The notes: generated from the letters alone by a model not told the origin. A stretch of DNA of 64,000 nt from Nitrospira sp. (GCA_047150005.1 AP038806.1:320001-384000), one strand, 5' to 3'; positions 21,480 to 30,994 are shown, numbered from the stretch's first letter. Made by a program: numbers and translations.

Positions 21480-23842
21480 CGCACCCTCACGACCGCCCTT
21501 CCGTCGAAAGACGGTGGTGAGGAATCTCCAGGTGCGTCCTTGAGCGACACGCTCACAGGAGACACTCCGGGAGCCTTCGCCACAAACGTCGCGATAACGT
21601 TCCGTCCGCTGCCTGGCGCCCGCGGCGCAGTGGGAGAGATCCTAAACTCAACCGGCGCGTCCTCTTCAAAGCTGGCTCCCGATTCAGGCGCTGTCCGGTC
21701 GGCTGGAACGACATCGCCGTGGACCAGCGACTTGAGCTGCAAGATCTTCGAATCAAACCGCAGTTGAAACAAACCATCCGCGGAGGGGCGCAGCCGTTCA
21801 TCGTTGAATGACAGCCTGAATTCCTTGCCCACCGATACGACGGAGGTTTCAGGCCTGATCGAGACGATTTGCCCGGCCGTGGCCATGCGGGCCAATGAAG
21901 CGACAGCGGGCTTGCCCGACCCGCTCGTCTTCGCAATCCCGCCGAGCTGCGCACCCGTCACACCGGAGTTCAACAGCTTGGAGCCGGAAATCGTTTTACC
22001 CTGTGGGGTGAACAACGGATTCGTCGCATAGGTAGAGTCGGTCCCCGACCAAAAGGTCTGTTTGCTCGGACCTGGCGGCGTCATCGATTGCACGATATGC
22101 GGCGTCAACGTCAGAATCACTTCCGTGGTCACTCGCTGCGTCTTGAACGAACTGATGAGATTGCCGATGAACGGGAGGTCTCCCAGCCAGGGGACCGTGA
22201 CCTTCGTGCGGCGATCCTCTTCCTGAAGCAACCCGCCCAGAACGACAGTTTCTCCATCCTTGACGCTGAGCATCGTTTCCGCCGACCGATTTCCGAATTT
22301 GAACTGGGTGATCGGAGGATTGGCCTGCAGGACCACCTGCTCTCCCAATCGCACCACCTCAATCTTCATCTTCAAGGAGAGTTCATTGGCGAGATGGATC
22401 GCCGGTTCGACCGTCAACTTCACGCCGGTATCCCGGAACTCGATTGAGGTCACCGTCGACGTAGTGGGCACGGCTCCGGTCGAAGCCTGACCGGGTAGCA
22501 CGTTGGTGGTGGAGAGAAGAATCGGCTGCTTGTCGCCGATGTTGATTTCGGCCTTCTTATTATTGACGACGCGTACTTTCGGGGAAGCCAGTGTTTTGGC
22601 GTCCGTCACCTGCTTGAAGAAATCCAACTGAACGTTCGTAGGCAACTTAAAAAGGTAATTTCCTTTCCCAAGACTCGTCAATTGCTGCAACGTAAACTGC
22701 TGTGCCACATCGCCGGTGATGACCCCGGCAAATCCCGGAGGGACCATGGCCGCCGCGGCATTCTTGGGATACGTCAGACCGTACGTCTGGTCCGTGGTTC
22801 GATCGACCTCCAGCACCTCAACTTCGAACAGCACCTCGGAATCCAGACGATCATTGGCCATGATGATCTTTTCGGCCATCTCGATCTTTTCCGGTTGATC
22901 CCGGATGACGATGGTGTTCAATTGCTCATTGGCATGCATGCGCTTGGAGTCCAGCATGCTCTTCAGCAAGACCACCATGTCCTTGGCCTTCGCGGTTGAT
23001 AGATAGAACGTTCGCACCATAAGATCCTGATACTGCTCCTGCTTCTGCTTGGTATTCGGGCTGATGATCATGACGCCGGGCGACACCACCCTCGAGAACA
23101 GACTGTTGCTGTTCAGAATCAGATTCATAGCGTCGTCAAACGGAGTATCTTGGATCGCGATGGTCACGGGATCATCGCGGACGTCCTTGTCGAAGATCAG
23201 GTTCATTCCACCCGCTTTACTGATCCCTTCCAATACCTCTTTTAGACCGGCGTTGCGAAAGCGAAGCGTAATGGGCTGTTTGCGGCGATCCTCCCGGTTC
23301 ATCGCCTGTTGCTCTTCCGTGAGTTTCGCGATGCTTTCCAGCGGATCGGCAAAAGACGGGTCAAGCTCGGCGGCTTTGGAGTAACTTTCCATCGCCTCGT
23401 CAGTCCGGCCGAGCTGCGCAAGACGGTCTGCCTCCTTGTATTGCTGCCGCGACTCCTTCAACCGATTGGCTTCGGCGAATCCCGATTGATGTTCGGCATT
23501 CGTCGGCTCAATCGTCAGTGCCCGTTTGAACTGTTCGGCCGCCAAATCGAACTGGCGTTCCTTGAGATAGGCGCGTCCTTTGTCTCCGTATTGCGCGGCC
23601 GCCCGGTTCCTCGCCATCGCGTACTTTTCCAAAAGACTCGGACTAAAGGGATCATCCTTGAGAGCCTGTCGATAGGCCAGGCTCGCCTCCTCCCACTGTC
23701 CCGCGGCAAGCAGTTGGTCGCCACGCTTGAGATCTGACGACGTGAAGTACGCACAGCCTGCCAGCGATACCAACACCACGAACGTGACAATCCTGATAGG
23801 TGGACGCGCGCGGAAAACGGTCCTGAAAATGAAATCTTTCAT
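21476..23842 (-). CDS. gspD: Secretin (GspD/PilQ family) with lipoprotein signal, TPRs and a C-terminal cohesin-like extension
   Basis: Lipobox LAGC; TPR-like helices; AKTLASPKVRVVNNKKAEINIGDK; KDGETVVLGGLL; VPWLGDLPFIG; LTPHIV; beta-rich tail. Confidence 0.9.
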   Translation of the reverse strand: MKDFIFRTVFRARPPIRIVTFVVLVSLAGCAYFTSSDLKRGDQLLAAGQWEEASLAYRQALKDDPFSPSLLEKYAMARNRAAAQYGDKGRAYLKERQFDLAAEQFKRALTIEPTNAEHQSGFAEANRLKESRQQYKEADRLAQLGRTDEAMESYSKAAELDPSFADPLESIAKLTEEQQAMNREDRRKQPITLRFRNAGLKEVLEGISKAGGMNLIFDKDVRDDPVTIAIQDTPFDDAMNLILNSNSLFSRVVSPGVMIISPNTKQKQEQYQDLMVRTFYLSTAKAKDMVVLLKSMLDSKRMHANEQLNTIVIRDQPEKIEMAEKIIMANDRLDSEVLFEVEVLEVDRTTDQTYGLTYPKNAAAAMVPPGFAGVITGDVAQQFTLQQLTSLGKGNYLFKLPTNVQLDFFKQVTDAKTLASPKVRVVNNKKAEINIGDKQPILLSTTNVLPGQASTGAVPTTSTVTSIEFRDTGVKLTVEPAIHLANELSLKMKIEVVRLGEQVVLQANPPITQFKFGNRSAETMLSVKDGETVVLGGLLQEEDRRTKVTVPWLGDLPFIGNLISSFKTQRVTTEVILTLTPHIVQSMTPPGPSKQTFWSGTDSTYATNPLFTPQGKTISGSKLLNSGVTGAQLGGIAKTSGSGKPAVASLARMATAGQIVSIRPETSVVSVGKEFRLSFNDERLRPSADGLFQLRFDSKILQLKSLVHGDVVPADRTAPESGASFEEDAPVEFRISPTAPRAPGSGRNVIATFVAKAPGVSPVSVSLKDAPGDSSPPSFDGRAVVRVR

Positions 23843-24024
23843 ACCCCTAGAAGGAACCAAAGAACGAAGAACTCTTCGTGAATAATTGGGAATGGCGATG
23901 CCAATCGGAGTCTAGCCCAACTCCAACACATTGTGGAGCAAAAGAGACTTTCCGACAGCCTCGACTATGGGGAGAACAGTGGTTTCAGAGGTTGTGGCGT
24001 GATACAGCCGCAGCAGCAACTTCT

Positions 24025-25326
24025 TCACAAACGCCAATACTTGATGCATGCAGGAAGCTTCGCTTGGTCGAGCAGGCACTTGACGTCGATCACCACTCCG
24101 TCATGCTGGCTTCTGAGCGGCAACAACAGGTTCTGAGAGTCCATCTCCGCATAGGCCCGATGGGCAACGGCCAGCACGATACCGTCCATATCCTTGAGCT
24201 GTTCCCACGTGCTCAGATGAATGCCATATTCTTCGACAGCTTCTTCAGATTCGGCGATCGGGTCATGCACCAAGACCTGCACGCCATACTCTTTGAGTTC
24301 GTGGATGATATCTGGAACCTTGCTGTTTCTCAGATCCGGGACATTTTCTTTGAAGGTCAGGCCCAGGACCGCGACTTTCAGGTCGTTGATAGGGCGATTG
24401 AGCTGACTTAACCGCTTCATCGTTTGCTCGGCCACAAACTTGCCCATTCCGCTGTTGATGCGCCGCCCCGCAAGGATCACTTGCGGGTGATAGCCGACAG
24501 ATTCCGCTTTGCTCGTCAGATAATAGGGATCCACGCCAATGCAATGTCCACCGACCAGCCCGGGTGAAAACTTGAGAAAGTTCCACTTTGTTCCGGCAGC
24601 TTCCAATACCGACTTCGTGTCGATACCGAGGCGGTGGAATATGAGCGCCAATTCGTTCATGAGGGCGATGTTCAGATCCCGCTGCGTGTTCTCGATGACC
24701 TTGGCCGCTTCCGCCACCTTGATACTCGACGCCCGATGAATCCCGGCCTTCACGACCAAGGCATAGGTACTGGCGACGATCTCCAACGATTCCGCATCCT
24801 GGGCCGAAACCACTTTGACGATCTTCTCCAGCGTGTGCTCCTTGTCACCGGGGTTGATTCGTTCCGGGGAATAGCCGAGCTTGAAGTCCACACCGCATTT
24901 CATGCCGGATGTCTTCTCTAAGATAGGTTGGCAGACTTCCTCGGTGGCGCCGGGGTAGACGGTGGACTCAAAAACTACAATCGAGCCCGGCGAGAGATTG
25001 GCGCCGATCAATTCAGATGACTTGCGTAACGCGGTGAGATCCGGCTGCAAGGCCTCATTAATGGGTGTCGGCACCGCCACAATGATGAAATCGGCGGCCT
25101 TCAAATCCGCAGGTTCGGACGTAAACCGAATGCGAGCACTCTTAAGATCCACCTCGGACACTTCACCCGTCCGATCGAAACCTTTGCGCAACTCATTGAT
25201 CTTTGTTTTGTTGATGTCGAAACCAACGACCTCGCCTTGCTTGCCGAACGCCACTGCAATCGGAAGTCCGACGTATCCGAGTCCGACGACGGCCACTTTC
25301 CTCGCTCTCACCGACTGATTAACCAT
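24025..25326 (-). CDS. Nucleotide-sugar 6-dehydrogenase (TviB/WbpO-like)
   Basis: VVGLGYVGLP, ESTVYPG, GYSPERINPGD, GLVGGHCIGVDPYYL, GLTFKENVPDLRNS; AAGGAGG upstream of ATG 25326. Confidence 0.93.
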   Translation of the reverse strand: MVNQSVRARKVAVVGLGYVGLPIAVAFGKQGEVVGFDINKTKINELRKGFDRTGEVSEVDLKSARIRFTSEPADLKAADFIIVAVPTPINEALQPDLTALRKSSELIGANLSPGSIVVFESTVYPGATEEVCQPILEKTSGMKCGVDFKLGYSPERINPGDKEHTLEKIVKVVSAQDAESLEIVASTYALVVKAGIHRASSIKVAEAAKVIENTQRDLNIALMNELALIFHRLGIDTKSVLEAAGTKWNFLKFSPGLVGGHCIGVDPYYLTSKAESVGYHPQVILAGRRINSGMGKFVAEQTMKRLSQLNRPINDLKVAVLGLTFKENVPDLRNSKVPDIIHELKEYGVQVLVHDPIAESEEAVEEYGIHLSTWEQLKDMDGIVLAVAHRAYAEMDSQNLLLPLRSQHDGVVIDVKCLLDQAKLPACIKYWRL

Positions 25327-25506
25327 ATATTCCTCCTTGCAGAGTTTTCCCAGAATGGCAGAACCTCCGATTTCCGTCAACGAACTCAGGGAATCAACCT
25401 GGCCGGTCTGAGGGGATTGATCCAGTGAGCCTTGCACTGTTCAATTTCCACGCTCCTGTTCAGAAGAGCATCCAGTACACTGTGCCGTTTGATGGCATTT
25501 CTGCAC

Positions 25507-25522
25507 AGCAGTTAGATTGCCC
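25507..25522 (-). promoter_or_regulatory. Weak candidate sigma54 -24/-12 site for the dehydrogenase
   Basis: Minus strand GGGCAATCTAACTGCT has GG-N10-GC spacing. Confidence 0.3.
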
Positions 25523-25606
25523 GCCGCTCGAACAAAAATTCACAAGTGATTGATTCCCGTGACAGCGCCTAGTGCGGCCTACAATGCGCCGCTGGACGCG
25601 GCGGAG

Positions 25607-25622
25607 GGGCATTGCTCTTGCT
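25607..25622 (+). promoter_or_regulatory. Candidate sigma54 -24/-12 promoter of the BACON-repeat gene
   Basis: GGGCATTGCTCTTGCT; GG-N10-GC spacing, close to TGGCAC-N5-TTGCW. Confidence 0.55.
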
Positions 25623-25747
25623 TTGTCCTCCGTGCCCTGATCCACGACTCAAAGACGTGACACCGCTTTATCGGGAAACGTCGACATGTGCGGCACTGTG
25701 GATCGGCCATCGTTCTGGTCAGATGCTGGTAACACGGAGGCTCGACC

Positions 25748-28700
25748 ATGCCCCATCCACTGGGATCTTCCTCGATAGGTTCAATTGGGTTCAGACCATG
25801 CGCAGGGCTATTGGTGCTACTCAATAGGATTTGCCTATGTGGGATCCTCTTGGCTCTGACCACACCGGAAGCTGCTGTTGCTGAGAACCCTCCCCTGACC
25901 GCGGCCAAAACAGCTGAGTCCAAGAATACGGCGATAAAGGCGGGGCGATCTCATCGATTGATCAGAAAGCCGGCCCTATCTGTCGCCCCGATTAAGGAAC
26001 ACGCCATATCGTTATTTCCCCAAGAAACATCTCAAACTCCGGCTTCCAGATCGGTTCCACTTTCTCCACAAGCAGACTCGACTCTCGCGCCCCCAACAAG
26101 AACGGAAACTTCGGCTCCCAAGGTTACCTCGGCACAGGCTATTTCTTCCTCTCTCACCATCTCCAGTCCTTTGCCGATCGCCGCAGCATCACCCCCACCG
26201 AACAGTGCCACAGTCGTCCCGGCCGGTACTGCCAAGCCATTGGCCGCATCAGTTTCAGGATTGCCAGAGTCGGGGAGCAAGCGTGGCCGCAGCCTTCAAC
26301 AGATCATTGCAGACGTGCCCAACCTCGCTCAGCTCATGTCGCCACCGGTCGTGAGGCCCGCCACTCCTCCCTCCTCTTCACCTCCGGTCCCTCCCATGAT
26401 CCGAATCAATCCGATGAGCGTCTCCTTTACAGCCACACAGGGCGGCTCGGCACCTTCATCGCAAACACTCAGCATCAGCAACACCGGCGGCGGCACCCTC
26501 ACCTGGTCGGCCAACGACAGCGCCGCCTGGTTGGCCCTCAGCCCCGCCTCCGGCACCGGGAACGGCGCCGTCACCCTGACCGCCTCCACCGGCAGCCTCA
26601 CCGCCGGCAGCTACAGTGGCAGCGTCACCGTCAGTGCCACCGGTGCCACCCCCGTCACGATCCCCGTCGCCTTTACCGTGACGCCGGCCCCCGTGCCCCC
26701 GGCCATCGGCTTGAGTCCGACCAGTCTGTCGTTTACCGCTCAACAGGGCAGCGGCAATCCCGCCGCTCAAACCGTCACGATCAGCAACACCGGCGGCGGC
26801 ACCCTCACCTGGTCTGGTCGGCCAACGACAGCGCCGCCTGGTTGGCCCTCAGCCCCGCCTCCGGCACCGGGAACGGCGCCGTCACCCTGACCGCCTCCAC
26901 CGGCAGCCTCACCGCCGGCAGCTACAGTGGCAGCGTCACCGTCAGTGCCACCGGTGCCACCCCCGTCACGATCCCCGTCGCCTTTACCGTGACGCCGGCC
27001 CCCGTGCCCCCGGCCATCGGCTTGAGTCCGACCAGTCTGTCGTTTACCGCTCAACAGGGCAGCGGCAATCCCGCCGCTCAAACCGTCACGATCAGCAACA
27101 CCGGCGGCGGCACCCTCACCTGGTCGGCCAACGACAGCGCCGCCTGGTTGGCCCTCAGCCCCGCCTCCGGCACCGGGAACGGCGCCGTCACCCTGACCGC
27201 CTCCACCGGCAGCCTCACCGCCGGCAGCTACAGTGGCAGCGTCACCGTCAGTGCCACCGGTGCCACCCCCGTCACGATCCCCGTCGCCTTTACCGTGACG
27301 CCGGCCCCCGTGCCCCCGGCCATCGGCTTGAGTCCGACCAGTCTGTCGTTTACCGCTCAACAGGGCAGCGGCAATCCCGCCGCTCAAACCGTCACGATCA
27401 GCAACACCGGCGGCGGCACCCTCACCTGGTCGGCCAACGACAGCGCCGCCTGGTTGGCCCTCAGCCCCGCCTCCGGCACCGGGAACGGCGCCGTCACCCT
27501 GACCGCCTCCACCGGCAGCCTCACCGCCGGCAGCTACAGTGGCAGCGTCACCGTCAGTGCCACCGGTGCCACCCCCGTCACGATCCCCGTCGCCTTTACC
27601 GTGACGCCGGCCCCCGTGCCCCCGGCCATCGGCTTGAGTCCGACCAGTCTGTCGTTTACCGCTCAACAGGGCAGCGGCAATCCCGCCGCTCAAACCGTCA
27701 CGATCAGCAACACCGGCGGCGGCACCCTCACCTGGTCGGCCAACGACAGCGCCGCCTGGTTGGCCCTCAGCCCCGCCTCCGGCACCGGGAACGGCGCCGT
27801 CACCCTGACCGCCTCCACCGGCAGCCTCACCGCCGGCAGCTACAGTGGCAGCGTCACCGTCAGTGCCACCGGTGCCACCCCCGTCACGATCCCCGTCGCC
27901 TTTACCGTGACGCCGGCCCCCGTGCCCCCGGCCATCGGCTTGAGTCCGACCAGTCTGTCGTTTACCGCTCAACAGGGCAGCGGCAATCCCGCCGCTCAAA
28001 CCGTCACGATCAGCAACACCGGCGGCGGCACCCTCACCTGGTCGGCCAACGACAGCGCCGCCTGGTTGGCCCTCAGCCCCGCCTCCGGCACCGGGAACGG
28101 CGCCGTCACCCTGACCGCCTCCACCGGCAGCCTCACCGCCGGCAGCTACAGTGGCAGCGTCACCGTCAGTGCCACCGGTGCCACCCCCGTCACGATCCCC
28201 GTCGCCTTTACCGTGACGCCGGCCCCCGTGCCCCCGGCCATCGGCTTGAGTCCGACCAGTCTGTCGTTTACCGCTCAACAGGGCAGCGGCAATCCCGCCG
28301 CTCAAACCGTCACGATCAGCAACACCGGCGGCGGCACCCTCACCTGGTCGGCCAACGACAGCGCCGCCTGGTTGGCCCTCAGCCCCGCCTCCGGCACCGG
28401 GAACGGCGCCGTCACCCTGACCGCCTCCACCGGCAGCCTCACCGCCGGCAGCTACAGTGGCAGCGTCACCGTCAGTGCCACCGGTGCCACCCCCGTCACG
28501 ATCCCCGTCGCCTTTACCGTGACGCCGGCCCCCGTGCCCCCGGCCATCGGCTTGAGTCCGACCAGTCTGTCGTTTACCGCTCAACAGGGCAGCGGCAATC
28601 CCGCCGCTCAAACCGTCACGATCAGCAACACCGGCGGCGGCACCCTCACCTGGTCGGCCAACGACAGCGCCGCCTGGTTGGCCCTCAGCCCCGCCTCCGG

Positions 28701-29700
28701 CACCGGGAACGGCGCCGTCACCCTGACCGCCTCCACCGGCAGCCTCACCGCCGGCAGCTACAGTGGTGGCAGCGTCACCGTCAGTGCCACCGGTGCCACC
28801 CCCGTCACGATCCCCGTCGCCTTTACCGTGACGCCGGCCCCCGTGCCCCCGGCCATCGGCTTGAGTCCGACCAGTCTGTCGTTTACCGCTCAACAGGGCA
28901 GCGGCAATCCCGCCGCTCAAACCGTCACGATCAGCAACACCGGCGGCGGCACCCTCACCTGGTCGGCCAACGACAGCGCCGCCTGGTTGGCCCTCAGCCC
29001 CGCCTCCGGCACCGGGAACGGCGCCGTCACCCTGACCGCCTCCACCGGCAGCCTCACCGCCGGCAGCTACAGTGGCAGCGTCACCGTCAGTGCCACCGGT
29101 GCCACCCCCGTCACGATCCCCGTCGCCTTTACCGTGACAGCGCCACCGCCTCAGCCTACCATCAGTTTCAGTCCATCGAGCATTGGCTTCACCGGAACGG
29201 CCGGCAGTTCCAATCCAGCATCCAAGACCATCGTGGTCACGAACAGCGGAACGGGTACGCTGACATGGACCGCCACAGATAACGCCAACTGGCTGACGTT
29301 GTCACAATCGGGCAGTTCGTTAATAGCCGCAGCGAATATCGCGGGCCTGGCAGCGGGAAATTACAGCGGCGTGATCACAATCACCGCATCGGGCGCAACC
29401 AACACACCACGGACCGTGCCGGTCACACTTACGCTTACTGCCCCGCCACCGACGACCACCGGATCCGCCACGTTAACTTGGCAACCGAATACTGAACCGG
29501 ATCTTGCCGGATACAAGGTCTATCGGGCCACCTCCTCGGGCGGATATGGCGCACCGATCGCGACACTGCAGGGAAATACTACGCAGTATGTGTCGAGCGG
29601 TCTACAACAAGGGACGACTTACTTCTTTGTCGTCACTGCTTACGACAGAGCAGGCAATGAAAGCGCTTTCTCAGCCGAGGTCAGCAAAAGCATCTATTAA
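25748..29700 (+). pseudogene. Secreted protein: signal peptide, S/P/T-rich region, 10 BACON/Ig-like domains and C-terminal FN3; split by a 5-bp frameshift at about 26810-26819 (real or sequencing artefact)
   Basis: ORFs 25748-26890 and 26842-29700 join into one frame if one copy of TGGTC is removed. Repeat motif LSPTSLSFTA...ISNTGGGTLTWSANDSAAWLALSPASGTG...LTAGSYSGSVTVSA...IPVAFTVT. FN3 motif LTW..NTEPDLAGYKVY...TYFFVVTAYD.AGNES. Confidence 0.85.
26474..29138 (+). repeat. Intragenic tandem repeat, 306-bp unit, about 8.7 copies, essentially identical
   Basis: Anchor acctggtc at 26501, 26807, 27118, 27424, 27730, 28036, 28342, 28648 and 28957. Spacing is 306 except one 311 and one 309. Confidence 0.97.
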
Positions 29701-29992
29701 ATGTCGCTGGCGGCCGCGGCGGCGGAGCTTACTCTAGAGAAGAGTTACCAGACTTCTCAACTGTACGAATCCGGTTGAACGGTTTCACTAAGCTGTAGGA
29801 AAAGAAGTCCTGCATGCACGCTCTTGGAGATCGGCGTCGTAGCTTAAGACTCGAACATATGTGGAATGTCGTACAAGGATACAGACCGTCACATTCCATT
29901 TGGAAATCGAGAACTCAGACCGGATCCTGCAACTATTTGTTTTGTAGTATCAATCTCCACCACAAGCTGCCATAATTTGACGGCGAGCCCCT

Positions 29993-30008
29993 GGGCATCA
30001 CTCTTGCT
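29993..30008 (+). promoter_or_regulatory. Candidate sigma54 -24/-12 promoter
   Basis: GGGCATCACTCTTGCT, 14/16 identical to the site at 25607 and 51 nt before the ORF start. Confidence 0.55.
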
Positions 30009-30059
30009 GATGACCCTGCCGGCACCAGCCGTTTCATGAATTTCAACTGATGAGATGAA

Positions 30060-30941
30060 ATGAGGAGCAGGATCATGCGCATTGAGGGTAGGACGTTGCT
30101 TGCTGCAGCCGCACTTATCGTGGGCATATTCTATGGCGGTGAGACACAGGCGGGTGTTTACTTTGAGGAGGGCTTTGAGGGGACTTTGACACCCAATTGG
30201 TCCACTGATTCATGTAGTTATATGGGTATTAGCTCACCCGCTAATGGGTGCAACCCTTCCATCTCGTCTGATATGGCACATGGCGGCAGCAAGTCGCTCA
30301 AAGGTAACTATACAGGTACCTGTGCCGTCGCCGGCACACCTGGTGCCGATTGCGGAGTCTGGGCCTATCGCTCATACGGCCCGACTGATGACCTATGGCT
30401 GCGATTCTGGTATCGCACAGCGAATTTTACCTACAACTTCAGTAACACAAAGAACGTTTACCTAAACACTTCCTCCACAGGTGTACCAAACGGCGTCTGG
30501 GAACATGTTTACGGGTCCCGTGAAATAAGTTTCACGATGCAAAATGTCGTTGAAACATGCCCCAGCGGATCTACCGTCACCTGTGTGTACCTACCCAATG
30601 TCAGTTCTGTTCCGCTTTCCGATAATCAGTGGTACTGCATTGAAACGCACAACAAGATGAACACACCAGGGCAAGCGAATGGGGTCATTGAAGCGTTTGT
30701 TAACGGCGTACAAACGGTGGGGTACTATAACCGCACATTTCGCGGCACGTCATCCAACGGTGCTCCTAGTGGCAATTCTTCTACGGCTCAGTTCAGCGGC
30801 CTGAAAATCTTCGTTCAGGCTGGCTCCGGTTACATGTATTATGATGATTTTGCCGCAGGCAACACGAGAATCGGATGCGGTACCGGAACGGCGCAAGACG
30901 TCACGGCGCCAGCAAGCCCTTCCGGCCTGCGCATACAATAG
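30060..30941 (+). CDS. Secreted beta-jelly-roll (ConA/LamG or polysaccharide-lyase-like) protein
   Basis: Signal peptide ...ETQA|G; FEEGFE; LWLRFWYR; NQWYCIETHNKMNTPGQANGVIEAFVNG; YYDDF; eight Cys. Confidence 0.8.
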   Translation: MRSRIMRIEGRTLLAAAALIVGIFYGGETQAGVYFEEGFEGTLTPNWSTDSCSYMGISSPANGCNPSISSDMAHGGSKSLKGNYTGTCAVAGTPGADCGVWAYRSYGPTDDLWLRFWYRTANFTYNFSNTKNVYLNTSSTGVPNGVWEHVYGSREISFTMQNVVETCPSGSTVTCVYLPNVSSVPLSDNQWYCIETHNKMNTPGQANGVIEAFVNGVQTVGYYNRTFRGTSSNGAPSGNSSTAQFSGLKIFVQAGSGYMYYDDFAAGNTRIGCGTGTAQDVTAPASPSGLRIQ

Positions 30942-30994
30942 CGACTGCTGAGAGCTTGTCTCCCCAAAAACGATGTATCACTCCGTGTGCGACG

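Noticed and set aside
23888..23905. sigma54-like site upstream of the secretin (TTGGCATCGCCATTCC, minus strand)
   Set aside because: The -12 element reads CC rather than the conserved GC.
26767..28920. 717-aa Gly-rich repeat ORF on the minus strand
   Set aside because: Antisense shadow of the 306-bp coding repeat. The plus frame has the signal peptide and recognisable domains.
26474..29138. Repeat array as CRISPR or DGR template/variable repeats
   Set aside because: Units are contiguous, in-frame and identical, with no spacers, no adenine-specific variation, and no cas or reverse transcriptase gene.
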